From Anaerolineae bacterium (lineage in GTDB: Bacteria > Chloroflexota > Anaerolineae > B4-G1 > SLSP01), in contig JBNGCW010000003.1 in assembly GCA_049975525.1 (NCBI GenBank), positions 31,779 to 95,778 of the forward strand: a stretch of DNA of 64,000 bases, written 5' to 3'. Both the position numbers and the translations under genes were made by a program. The stretch's first letter is position 1. Each line of letters opens with the position of its first letter. Shown here one piece after another: positions 1 through 9,092 of the stretch. Below the pieces are notes generated by a model. The model made no database searches. It saw only the letters and a program-made list of their open reading frames with translations, and was not told the DNA's origin.

Positions 1-13
1 ACCGTAATTTTAG
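1..13. mobile_element. End of a family-A MITE, truncated by the window edge
   Basis: ACCGTAATTTTAG matches the TIR (AT)ACCGTAATTTAAG of the copy ending at 2405. Confidence 0.5.
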
Positions 14-40
14 CTCTTACTTGTGATAACCAGTCACTCA

Positions 41-111
41 GGGGCCAAAACCACTAGAGAGAGGAGGACCGACTAGAGATCCGGTTTTTGCCACCTTTTT
101 TCAGGTGAGTC
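41..111. mobile_element. Partial family-B MITE overlapping the 3' end of the GT2 gene
   Basis: CAAAACCACTAGA...GACTAGAGATCCGGTTTTT...TTTTTCAGGTGAGTC aligns with the copy at 42551-42677 and with the TIR GACTCACCTGAAA. Confidence 0.7.
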
Positions 112-1098
112 ATCTTTTCCTCCCGGCTGTGGCCTCCCTGCTTCCGTCGGTAGCGGCCCGCGTTGTCGGAGGCCGCTGCGCAGCACCCGGCGGTACGCGT
201 GTAGGCGCTCTGCGCGCAGCGACCTCCGGTGTCCGACCAGCCATTTGCTCCCCTCCACCCCTATTTGCCAGACGTATTGTCCCAGCAGCCAGAGACGCAG
301 GATCTCGGCCAGCCGGGGACCGTGATATTTGCGCGTGTAGTGGATTTTGCTCGATTGGAAATAGATGTGGCGGGCGGGGACCACCTGTTCGCTGCTTTTG
401 CCCTCGTGGTGGATGATGCGGGCCTCAGGGGTGTAGTGAATCTCCCATCCGGCGGCGCGGATGCGTCGACACCAGTCCAGCTCCTCGGAGTACATGAAGA
501 ACGTCTCGTCCAGGCCGCCGACCTCGTCGACGACGGCGCGGCGGGTCAGCATGGCCGCACCGGTAATCCACTCGACAGGGTGCGCTGTTTGGGGCGACCG
601 ATCCTCAACGTAGTAGTGTGCCAGGAGGCGACGGGGAAGCAGGCCCTGGAGCCACGTACTTTCACAGAAAAGGACGGGCAGCGTGGGGAAGCGGCGGCGC
701 GACGACTGCACGCTGCCGTCGGGGTTGAGCAGTTGCGGTCCGAGCATACCCACGCTGGGGTGTCGATCCATGTAATGGACCAGACGCGGGAGTGCGTCGG
801 CGAGCACTTCGGTGTCGGGATTGAGCAGCAGCAGGTAGACGCCCTGGGCGCGTTCCAGGCCGTCGTTGTTGCCGCCGGTGAACCCCCGGTTCTCCTCGTT
901 GGCTACCAGGACGACCCAGGGGAAGGTCTCGCGCACCATGGTCACCGTGCCATCGGTGGAGCCGTTGTCCACGACGACGATCTCCAGCCCCGGGCGCTCG
1001 CCCCAGGAGGCACGGCACGAGGTCAGGGCGCGGCGCAACAGCTGGCGCACGTTCCAGCTGACGATGATCACGGAGAGGGTGGGGCGGTCGCCGGTCAT
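73..1098 (-). CDS. Family 2 glycosyltransferase (WbbL-like)
   Basis: SVIIVSWN, VVDNGSTDGT, LLLNPD, GGLDETFFMYSEELDWCRR motifs. Confidence 0.9.
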   Translation of the reverse strand: MTGDRPTLSVIIVSWNVRQLLRRALTSCRASWGERPGLEIVVVDNGSTDGTVTMVRETFPWVVLVANEENRGFTGGNNDGLERAQGVYLLLLNPDTEVLADALPRLVHYMDRHPSVGMLGPQLLNPDGSVQSSRRRFPTLPVLFCESTWLQGLLPRRLLAHYYVEDRSPQTAHPVEWITGAAMLTRRAVVDEVGGLDETFFMYSEELDWCRRIRAAGWEIHYTPEARIIHHEGKSSEQVVPARHIYFQSSKIHYTRKYHGPRLAEILRLWLLGQYVWQIGVEGSKWLVGHRRSLRAERLHAYRRVLRSGLRQRGPLPTEAGRPQPGGKDDSPEKRWQKPDL

Positions 1099-1106
1099 GG
1101 CCTCGC

Positions 1107-2090
1107 TCAGTAACGCCGCCGGACGGCGAAGTGGGCGATATCTTCCAGGGTCGCCCGATGAGGAGAGTCGGGATACGCCGCCAAAATATCGAGGGCGTCG
1201 TGAAGGTGGTCTTGGGCAATCTGTAGGGCGCGGTCGAGGGCCTCAGAACGGCGCACGTCGGCGACGAGCGCGTCGCAGTCGGCGCGGCTGCCGTCGTGGA
1301 GCACGTGTTGAAGGCGCGGGCGAGCGGCGGGATGCGCGTCCAGGTAGAGCAGCACCGGCAAGGTGACGATCCCCCGGCGCAGATCGTTGCCGCCTGGTTT
1401 GCCCAGCTGGGCTTCGTCGCCGGTGAAATCGAGGACGTCATCCACAATCTGAAAGGCCAGTCCCAGCGCCTTGCCGAAGCGCCACATGGCCGTGACTTCC
1501 TCGGCGGCGGCGTCGGCCAGGCGAGGACCGACCTCGGCTGCCAGGGCAAAGAGCGAGGCTGTTTTGGCGTAGATTCGCGCCTCGTAGGCTTGGGGGGTGG
1601 GCAGCGCGCCGCGTTCCTCGAAAGACTGATGGATTTCGCCGCTGCAAATGATTTCCAAGGTTTCGGTGAAGCGTCGCACGACCTGCAGGTTCTCGCTTGC
1701 GGTGACCAGGCGGGCGGCGCGGGCGAAGAGCAGATCGCCGACTAAGACGGCGACGGTGGGATTCCAGAGGGTGTTGAGGGTGGGGACGTTGCGCCGCAGG
1801 GGTGCGTCGTCGATGAGATCGTCGTGGATCAGCGTGGCGGTGTGGAGCAGCTCGACGGCGGCGGCTGTGGCGCGAGGCGCCTCGCCATCGACGTCGACGA
1901 GCCGGGCGCTTAACAAGACCAGGGCCGGACGCAAACGCTTGCCGCCGTTGAGAACCACTCTCTGGAGCGCGGCCCAGGCGGCAGGGGGCATCCGTTCCTT
2001 CCTCGGCAGGAGACGTTTTTCAACCTCAAGCAGTTCTTCTTCCAGCCACTTTGGATAACGGAGAGTCAACGTACGTTTTCTCATTCCCAT
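1107..2090 (-). CDS. Trans-polyprenyl diphosphate synthase
   Basis: GGKRLRP, first Asp-rich motif HDDLIDDAPLRR, KTA, FQIVDDVLD. Confidence 0.93.
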   Translation of the reverse strand: MGMRKRTLTLRYPKWLEEELLEVEKRLLPRKERMPPAAWAALQRVVLNGGKRLRPALVLLSARLVDVDGEAPRATAAAVELLHTATLIHDDLIDDAPLRRNVPTLNTLWNPTVAVLVGDLLFARAARLVTASENLQVVRRFTETLEIICSGEIHQSFEERGALPTPQAYEARIYAKTASLFALAAEVGPRLADAAAEEVTAMWRFGKALGLAFQIVDDVLDFTGDEAQLGKPGGNDLRRGIVTLPVLLYLDAHPAARPRLQHVLHDGSRADCDALVADVRRSEALDRALQIAQDHLHDALDILAAYPDSPHRATLEDIAHFAVRRRY

Positions 2091-2262
2091 GATACCTTGT
2101 GCTCAGGACGACCAACTTTATCTTATCGCAGATACCTTCAAGGTTTGGAGAGGCTAAGCTCTGGGGCCTTCTCTTGGCTTACAGAAGCGCCGACCGATTT
2201 TAGCCGCGTGTATTCAATAGTCTCTCTACCCTTGAAACGGGCGCGGACTTGCTCGCCCGATC

Positions 2263-2405
2263 CTGAAATTACGGTATAAGGTGCAGCGCACCTGCGATGA
2301 CCCGATCATGTTGGCTAAAAGCCCATCCTAGCGTGCACGAAATGGCTATTTTCAAACATTCGAAGGTGCGTCGCACCTGGCCACAGTTTAATACCGTAAT
2401 TTAAG
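2263..2405. mobile_element. Family-A MITE (143 bp) with TIRs and a 7-8 bp target-site duplication
   Basis: CTGAAATTACGGTAT...ATACCGTAATTTAAG; CCCGATC at 2256-2262 and 2406-2412; internal palindromes AGGTGCagcGCACCT and AGGTGCgtcGCACCT; reverse complement of 31718-31860. Confidence 0.88.
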
Positions 2406-2457
2406 CCCGATCAAATGCCCCCATTATACCATGCAGGCGTCTGGCTAAAATGCGCCC

Positions 2458-3267
2458 TCAGTGCGGGAGGTGGAAGAGCCTCCGGGCGTTGCGCGTTGTC
2501 TTTTCGGCGACGGCGTCGGATGAAGTTTCGCGGAGCGCTGCGATCCGCGCGGCGATGTGGGTCAGGTACGCGGGTTCGTTGCGTTTGCCGCGATGGGGCG
2601 CCGGCGTCAGATAAGGGCCGTCGGTCTCCAGCAGCAGCCGATCAAAGGGGACGGCGCGGGCGACGGCGTGCAGCCCCCGAGCTTTTTTGAAGGTCACCGG
2701 GCCGTCCATCCCAATGTAAAACCCCAGCTCCAGCACTTCATCGAGCAGCGCCGGCCCGCCGGCGTAGGCGTGCAGGGTGCCGGTACGGCCCGTCCCTTCG
2801 GTGACCCAGGCTTTCAACAGGGCCAGGGTGTCGTTGTGGGCGTCGCGATTGTGGATGCAGACGGGCAAGCCCACGTCGGCTGCCAGCGCCAGCTGGGCGC
2901 GCAGCGCTCGTTTCTGCTGCGGTGGATTGGCACAGGGCCAGTCGCGCTTCGGTTGGTCGGGCCAGTAGTAATCCAGGCCGATCTCGCCGATAGCAACGAC
3001 GCGAGGATGGCGTGCCAGATCAGCCAGCGCTTCCAACGTTTCCTCGTTCACCTCGTCGGCGTCGGTCGGATGGACGCCGACGGTGGCGTAGAGGGCGCAG
3101 GGCGTCTCTGCGTAGCGCTCTGCCAGCTCAACGGCGGCGCGGCTGCTCGCCAGATCCGTCCCCGGCACGATGCAAGCCCGCACGCCCGCAGCCGCCGCCC
3201 GTTCCAATACGGCATCCAGGTCCTGGCGATAGGCGCGGTGTTGCAGGTGGATATGGGTGTCGATCAT
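2458..3267 (-). CDS. tatD: TatD family DNase
   Basis: MIDTHIH, GVHP, IGEIGLDY, HNRDA, LLETDGPYL..RGKRNEP; start reassigned to ATG 3267 after an AGGAG/GAGG RBS. Confidence 0.93.
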   Translation of the reverse strand: MIDTHIHLQHRAYRQDLDAVLERAAAAGVRACIVPGTDLASSRAAVELAERYAETPCALYATVGVHPTDADEVNEETLEALADLARHPRVVAIGEIGLDYYWPDQPKRDWPCANPPQQKRALRAQLALAADVGLPVCIHNRDAHNDTLALLKAWVTEGTGRTGTLHAYAGGPALLDEVLELGFYIGMDGPVTFKKARGLHAVARAVPFDRLLLETDGPYLTPAPHRGKRNEPAYLTHIAARIAALRETSSDAVAEKTTRNARRLFHLPH

Positions 3268-3600
3268 GGCCTCTTTCTCCTTTTGGATGTGTGAGGGTGT
3301 CTGCTGGGGTAAGGGGGGACGCTTTCGGTTTCCCCTCGAGCTTGATCTTGACATTCTTCAGCGCCCTCCTCACCCGGTGTTTCCCATTATACTTCAAGCC
3401 TGCACCGCCGAACAGACGCCGCCACCCGGGGGGATGGGCGTGTTCGGATTGTCAGGATCTGTTAAGCCGATATAATTATCTGGTATCCTTGCATGAGTAC
3501 GGTTAGCGTTGGATTTGGTGGGGAGAAAAACATCCATTAAAGAGGATCGTGCTCTGGGTGCCGATCGGGGGTCTATCCGGGAAATCAGGATAATGTTGAG

Positions 3601-5100
3601 ATGCAAACGTCCAAAGCGAAGATTCTGGTCATCGATGACAGCGAGGAGATACGGGAGTTTCTGAAAGATTCCGTGCTCCTGCCTGCCGGTTACCGCACGC
3701 TGTTGGTGCCCACGGGCGAAAAAGGGCTTGTCCTGGCCCAGCGCGTGCAACCGGATCTGATCCTGCTCGACTACGAGCTGCCCGACCTCAACGGTATTGA
3801 GGTTCTGCGCGCCCTCCACAAGGCCGGTTTCCGGCTTCCGGTCATCCTCATTACCTCCTACGGCTCGGAGTCCGTGGCGGTCGAGGTCTTCCGGTTGGGG
3901 GTGCGTGATTACGTCCCCAAGCCTTTTACCGTGGAGGAGATCTCCGACGCTATTACCCGCGTTCTGAAGACCGTCAGGGTCGAGGAACAGCGAGATGCCT
4001 TGCTGGTCAGTCTAAAGAAGGCGAACCGCCAGCTTAATCGGCGACTGCAGGAGCTCAACACCCTCTACCGCGTCAGCAAGTCCGTGACGAGTTTGCGGGA
4101 AAGCGAGCGGCTGCTGGATCGGATCGTCTCCGCGGCGCTTTATTTGACAGGAGCTACGAAGGGCGCGCTGATTCTGCGCAATCCGAAGACAGGCAAGTCA
4201 GTGGTGCGGGCGGCGAAGCAACAAGGCGGCGACGCGCCGGCGGATCTGGAGTTTGCCAACACGGTCAAGATCCCCGTTCAGATAGGGGGGGAGCTGCTGG
4301 GGGCGCTGCTGGTGGAGCAGGAGGGGATGCCAGCGGCGCTGGGTAAGGATCACCAGCAGTTGCTGCGCATGTTGGCGGATTACGCTGCCATCGCCATCGA
4401 GAACAACCGGTTAGTGCAACAGCTCGAGAGGCAGCGAGAGCGTGAGAAGCGCCAGCTGCGTACGCTCTTTGAGCACTACGTCGCGCCGGCGGTGGTGGAG
4501 CAGATCCTTCGCCGACCGGAGAGCGTCAAGCCCGGAGGGCGGCGGCAGACGGTCTCGGTCCTCTTCGCCGATCTGCGGGGCTTTACGACCTTTAGCGCCC
4601 AAACGTCACCGGAGGCGTTGATGGCGGTGCTCAATCAGTATCTGGCCGCTGCCGCCGCGCAGGTGCTTGAAAAAGAAGGAACGTTAGATAAGTTCATGGG
4701 CGATGAGGTCATGGCCTTTTTCAACGCGCCGCTGCCCCAGGAGGATTACGCCTGGCGGGCGGTGCAGGCGGCCGTTCACATTTTGGAGGCGACCTGGAGT
4801 CTGCAGCGTAAACTTCCCTCTTCACAGCGCCTCGACTTTGGCATCGGGATCAGCACCGGAGAGGCGATTGTGGGAAACGTGGGGATGTCCAATCTCGTGA
4901 ATTTCACGGTCGTCGGTGCGACCATCAACAAAGCGCATGCGCTTCAGGAGATGGCGCCGGCCGGTGGCATTCTCATCTGCCGAGAGACCTATGAGCACGT
5001 GCGCAACCACGTTTTGGTTAAGGAGCTCCCGCCCGTGCGTCTCAAGGGGCAGCAGGAAGCGGAACCCATCTACGAAATCAGCGTGCCCGCTCGCCGTTGA
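3601..5100 (+). CDS. Receiver-GAF-class III adenylate cyclase
   Basis: REC domain (IDDS, LLDYELPDLNG, KP); coiled coil; GAF-like LADYAAIAIEN; cyclase motifs FADLRGFT and DKFMGDEVMA. Confidence 0.9.
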   Translation: MQTSKAKILVIDDSEEIREFLKDSVLLPAGYRTLLVPTGEKGLVLAQRVQPDLILLDYELPDLNGIEVLRALHKAGFRLPVILITSYGSESVAVEVFRLGVRDYVPKPFTVEEISDAITRVLKTVRVEEQRDALLVSLKKANRQLNRRLQELNTLYRVSKSVTSLRESERLLDRIVSAALYLTGATKGALILRNPKTGKSVVRAAKQQGGDAPADLEFANTVKIPVQIGGELLGALLVEQEGMPAALGKDHQQLLRMLADYAAIAIENNRLVQQLERQREREKRQLRTLFEHYVAPAVVEQILRRPESVKPGGRRQTVSVLFADLRGFTTFSAQTSPEALMAVLNQYLAAAAAQVLEKEGTLDKFMGDEVMAFFNAPLPQEDYAWRAVQAAVHILEATWSLQRKLPSSQRLDFGIGISTGEAIVGNVGMSNLVNFTVVGATINKAHALQEMAPAGGILICRETYEHVRNHVLVKELPPVRLKGQQEAEPIYEISVPARR

Positions 5101-5122
5101 GTTTCAGGAGGAGTGTAAGACC

Positions 5123-5650
5123 ATGCCTGTGTTTTTCGACATCGAGACCCAGAACACCTTCCAAGAGGTCGGCGGACACTACCCCGAACGCCTGCGGCTC
5201 TCCGTTGCCGTCAGCTACAACAGCGGGGATCAGGCTTTCCACCGGTACACGGAAGCCAACGTGGGGGACTTGATCCAGGAGCTGCTGGACGCGGATCTGG
5301 TGGTGGGATACAATCTCTACGGGTTCGACTATCCGGTCCTGCAACAGTATACCAGGGTTGTGGAGCTGAACACCCTGCCTACTGTGGATATGATGGTGGA
5401 GCTCCAAAAGCGCCTGGGCTTCCGGCTCAAGCTGGATTCTGTGGCGACGGCGACGTTGAAGGTGGGGAAGAGCGCCGACGGGCTTCAGGCCGTGCGCTGG
5501 TGGCGGCAAGGGAAGATCGAAGCGCTCTTCGAGTATTGTGAGCAGGATGTGGAGGTCACCCGCCGCGTCTACGAGTTCGGGAAGCAGCATCGCCACGTGC
5601 AATACTACGACCGCAGCTACCGGATCCGCAGGGTACCGGTGGCATGGTAG
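5123..5650 (+). CDS. RNase H-like (YprB/RNase_H_2) 3'-5' exonuclease domain protein
   Basis: FFDIET, GYNLYGFDYP, YCEQDV; AGGAGG RBS before ATG 5123. Confidence 0.85.
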   Translation: MPVFFDIETQNTFQEVGGHYPERLRLSVAVSYNSGDQAFHRYTEANVGDLIQELLDADLVVGYNLYGFDYPVLQQYTRVVELNTLPTVDMMVELQKRLGFRLKLDSVATATLKVGKSADGLQAVRWWRQGKIEALFEYCEQDVEVTRRVYEFGKQHRHVQYYDRSYRIRRVPVAW

Positions 5651-5667
5651 ACGACGTTGGCCGGCAC

Positions 5668-5695
5668 TTGACAAAAAAGCGAACCTTTGTATAAT
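5668..5695 (+). promoter_or_regulatory. Consensus sigma70 promoter of the tRNA pair
   Basis: TTGACA-N16-TATAAT, 10 bp upstream of the first tRNA. Confidence 0.9.
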
Positions 5696-5705
5696 AGCAT
5701 CGCGT

Positions 5706-5777
5706 TGCGGGGTGGAGCAGTGGCAGCTCGTCGGGCTCATAACCCGAAGGTCGGCGGTTCGAATCCGCCCCCCGCTA
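5706..5777 (+). tRNA. tRNA-fMet (CAU, initiator)
   Basis: Cloverleaf; anticodon arm TCGGG-CTCATAA-CCCGA with three G-C pairs; unpaired position 1:72; GGTTCGAATCC T-arm; CCA not encoded. Confidence 0.95.
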
Positions 5778-5792
5778 TTTTTCGTTTCGTGG

Positions 5793-5864
5793 GGCGAGGT
5801 AGCTCAATGGTAGAGCAGGGGACTCATAAGCCCTTGGTTAGCAGTTCGAGTCTGCTCCTCGCCA
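5793..5864 (+). tRNA. tRNA with CAU anticodon, probably tRNA-Ile2 (elongator Met not excluded)
   Basis: GGCGAGG/CCTCGCC acceptor stem; GGGGA-CTCATAA-GCCCT arm resembles Ile2-type tRNAs; TTCGAGT T-loop. Confidence 0.88.
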
Positions 5865-5870
5865 TTTTAG

Positions 5871-5900
5871 ACACCTGGCGTCCGGTCGGGTGTTTTTGTT
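5871..5900 (+). terminator. Intrinsic terminator after the tRNAs
   Basis: ACACCTGGC/GTCGGGTGT stem followed by a T-rich run. Confidence 0.7.
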
Positions 5901-6044
5901 TCTCCTCTTTCTTTTTATCGGACCCCAGATCCCGGTCAATGGGCGATCCGACACGATCTCTGTCTCCCTTACGCACTTTCCCAAAAGGGGGCCGCGTTTT
6001 GACCGCTCGGGACCGTCGGGTTAGCCTGGGGAGGCAGGCGCTGG

Positions 6045-6585
6045 ATGTGCAACGAAAAGGATCGCACGTCCGCCCAGTTGCTGCCGGGCATCGACGTGGG
6101 CACGTCTTCGGTCAAAGGGCTCGTCTGCGACGAAGAGGGGCAGGTGGTTGTCCTGGCCCTGCGGGAACACGCGCTCTATGCGCCGTGTCCGGGCTGGGCC
6201 GAGGAGTCGCCCGCTGAGTGGTGGGAGAATGTCGTCGCCGTGGTCCACGCCCGCCTTGCCCATCCTCAGGTGGTGCCTGATTGCATCGCAGCCGTCGGCG
6301 TCGCCAGCTTGGTGTCCACCGTGGGCGCCGAAACTGCTGGAAAGTGGCCGCGTGCCCGCCGGGCGGCTGCCGCCCATCCGTCAGCCCACTGACGTCATCG
6401 GCACCGTCACTCAACAGACCGCCGGGCAGACAGGGCTGGCGGCGGGTACGCCCCTCGTCGCCGGCACCGCCGATCACGTAGGGGCGGCGCTGGCGACCTG
6501 CCGGTCAAGTACGGCAGCGCGGGCGATGTGCTCTACAGCACGGAGACGCCGGTGTTCGATCCTCGCCTCTACATCTTTCAGGTGA
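6045..6585 (+). pseudogene. FGGY sugar kinase (xylulokinase-like) pseudogene
   Basis: GIDVGTSSVKG..PGWAEESPAEWW in one frame, IGTVT..TGLAAGTPLVAGTADH in a second, KYGSAGDV in a third; large internal deletions. Confidence 0.82.
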
Positions 6586-6608
6586 GCTACATATGAGGAG
6601 GAAAATTT

Positions 6609-7928
6609 ATGTGTACCACGTTACTGTTGGCTGACGCGGTCGTCACTCTGGATTCGGCGGATCGCATCCACCGGCCTGGCTACATTGCCGTTGAAGGCGA
6701 CCGGCTACGTGATCTGGGGCCTCAGGAAGCCGTGGATCCGCAGGACTTCGACGAGGTCATCGACCTGGGCGCGCGGTTGATGATGCCCGGTCTGATCAAC
6801 GCCCATACACACACGCCCATGACGCTCTTCCGAGGCCTGGCGGAAGGCCACTCGCTCTTCACCTTCGAGGGCTGGTACCACGGCATTCGCGTCTGGGAGG
6901 AGGTGATGGATGCGGCGATGGTGCCGCCAGCCGTCGCCGTCTCCTGCGCCGAGATGATCCGCACGGGCACAACGTGCTTCGCCGATCAGTACTTCTACAT
7001 GGATCAGGTGGTGCCGGTGGTGCGCCGCAGCGGACTGCGCGCCAGTCTGGCCTACGGGATCGTGGAGATGGGCGATGCCGAAGCGCGCGAGCGCGAGATC
7101 GCCGCGGCGACGGCCTTCCTGGAGAGCGTGCAGGACGACGAACGCCTGCTTGGGTGGATCGGGCCGCACGCTTTCTTCGTGGACAACAGCCCGAAGGCCA
7201 TGGAGCTGGAGCTGACGCTGGCTGACCGCTTTGACGCTGGCCTGCACATCCACCTGGGTACCAGCGGTGAGGAGGAGCGTTACTGTCGCGAGCACTACGG
7301 GCGCAGCGCCGTCCAGCAGATGAAGGCGCTGGGTGTGTTGGACCGTCCGTTGCTGGCCGCGCACAGCATCACCATTCCGGAAGAGGACTTCCCCACCCTG
7401 GCCGAACATCCCTTCACCGCCGTCATCGCCGGCTCCGCCTGCATGCGCAGCGGCGCCCAGATCGCCGCGCTCAAGGATCTGCGGGCGGTGGGTGTCAACA
7501 CCGCCCTGGGCACCGACAACGTTGCCAACAACAACAGCTATGATCTCTTCAACGAGATGCAGATCACGGCCAAGCTGATGTCGCTCCGCGAGCAGGAACC
7601 CGACGCCGTCCCCGCGCGCGATATTCTGGAGATGGCGACGCTGGGCGGCGCCCGCGCTCTGGGCCTGGCGGACGAGATCGGCTCGCTGGAGCCGGGCAAA
7701 CGCGCCGACCTCATCGCTTTAGACCTGGCCGAGGTCGGTTGGAGCCCCATGAGCGGGCAGGATCTGTACACTGCCCTGGTCTACGCTGTCAACGGCAACT
7801 ACGTGCGCGACGTGATGGTGGACGGGCGCTGGCTCTACCGCGACGGCGACTGGACCACGCTGGACTACGCCGCCGCCCGCCGCGAGCTGGATGCGGCCTG
7901 TGCAGAGCTCCAGTCACGCCGGAAATAG
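6609..7928 (+). CDS. Amidohydrolase, MtaD/SAH-deaminase-like
   Basis: PGLINAHTH, HIH, AH, LGTD, GSLEPGKRADL. Confidence 0.88.
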   Translation: MCTTLLLADAVVTLDSADRIHRPGYIAVEGDRLRDLGPQEAVDPQDFDEVIDLGARLMMPGLINAHTHTPMTLFRGLAEGHSLFTFEGWYHGIRVWEEVMDAAMVPPAVAVSCAEMIRTGTTCFADQYFYMDQVVPVVRRSGLRASLAYGIVEMGDAEAREREIAAATAFLESVQDDERLLGWIGPHAFFVDNSPKAMELELTLADRFDAGLHIHLGTSGEEERYCREHYGRSAVQQMKALGVLDRPLLAAHSITIPEEDFPTLAEHPFTAVIAGSACMRSGAQIAALKDLRAVGVNTALGTDNVANNNSYDLFNEMQITAKLMSLREQEPDAVPARDILEMATLGGARALGLADEIGSLEPGKRADLIALDLAEVGWSPMSGQDLYTALVYAVNGNYVRDVMVDGRWLYRDGDWTTLDYAAARRELDAACAELQSRRK

Positions 7929-8030
7929 GCTGCGTGCGGAGGCGGGGTACGGGTCCCATGGACCATGTCTGATTCGGCATTCGTAGTTTTCATTTTTAAT
8001 TGAACATTTCCACTTTTCTTTGGAGGTAAC

Positions 8031-8972
8031 ATGATTCGCCTCGTGATTGACACCGATCCCGGCGTCGACGATGCCCACGCCTTGATGGCCGCGCTGGGAC
8101 ATCCCAACGCGCAGGTTGACGCGCTGACCACCGTGGCGGGCAACGTGCCGCTGGCGCGCACCACGGCCAACGCCTGCGCCATCGCAGACGCCATGGGCGC
8201 CGAGGTGCCTGTCTACGCGGGCTGCGCGCGTCCCCTGATCTCGCCGCCACACCACGCCACCGACTTCCACGGCGAGGATGGCCTGGGCGATAGCGACCTG
8301 CCGCCTTCCGAGCGGCAGGTGGAAGCGGACCATGCTGTCAATGCGCTGATCCGCCTGGGCAACGAAGCGCCCGGTGAGCGCACGCTGGTCGCCATCGGAC
8401 CGCTGACCAACGTGGCGCTGGCGACGCGGCTCGATCCCCATTTACCTCAGAAATATGCGCACCTCGTGATCATGGGTGGCGCCATTCGCGGCATGGGCAA
8501 TGCCACGCCCGCCGCCGAGTTCAACATCTACGCTGACCCGGAGGCCGCCGCCATCGTCTTCAAGGCGTGGTCAGGGCTGACGCTGGTCTCGTGGGAGACG
8601 ACCATGGCGCACCCCTTCGCCCCACCGCAGGCCGAGGCGCTGCTCCAGATCGACTCGCCTCGCGCTGACTTCTTCCGTCGTGTCAGCCAGACGACGCTGG
8701 CCTTCGTAGAGCGCTTCCTGGGTCAGCGCATGATGCTGGAACCCGATCTGCTGGCCGTCGCCGTGGCCCTGGAACCCGACATTGTGCTCAAGAGAGAGAC
8801 GCACTACGTCGATGTGGAGCTGGCGGGCGCGAACACGCGCGGTCAGACCACCGTGGACTGGTTCGACAGGACCGGCGAGGCCCCCAACGTCGAACTGGTG
8901 CTGGAGCTGGACACACAGCGCGTCTGGGAGATGATGAAAGCCGCCCTGTCAACGGATGAAACGGATGTTTAG
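8031..8972 (+). CDS. Nucleoside hydrolase (IU-NH/Rih family)
   Basis: DTDPGVDD, TTVAGN, HGEDGLG, GPLTN, AEFNIYADPEAA. Confidence 0.93.
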   Translation: MIRLVIDTDPGVDDAHALMAALGHPNAQVDALTTVAGNVPLARTTANACAIADAMGAEVPVYAGCARPLISPPHHATDFHGEDGLGDSDLPPSERQVEADHAVNALIRLGNEAPGERTLVAIGPLTNVALATRLDPHLPQKYAHLVIMGGAIRGMGNATPAAEFNIYADPEAAAIVFKAWSGLTLVSWETTMAHPFAPPQAEALLQIDSPRADFFRRVSQTTLAFVERFLGQRMMLEPDLLAVAVALEPDIVLKRETHYVDVELAGANTRGQTTVDWFDRTGEAPNVELVLELDTQRVWEMMKAALSTDETDV

Positions 8973-9035
8973 ATTGCATGACCGGGCACGGTGAGGACAC
9001 CGGCTCGAAATTGAGAAGATAGGCCGGAGGAAAAA

Positions 9036-9070
9036 CCAATCGAAAATCCAAAATCGAAAATCCAAAATCG
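9036..9070 (+). repeat. Heptamer tandem array (AAAATCG/AAAATCC)n
   Basis: CCAATCG AAAATCC AAAATCG AAAATCC AAAATCG. Confidence 0.8.
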
Positions 9071-9092
9071 CCGGTCACCGAATCACCTGCTA

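Noticed and set aside
5687-6217. 176-aa ORF
   Set aside because: It overlaps the promoter and both tRNA genes
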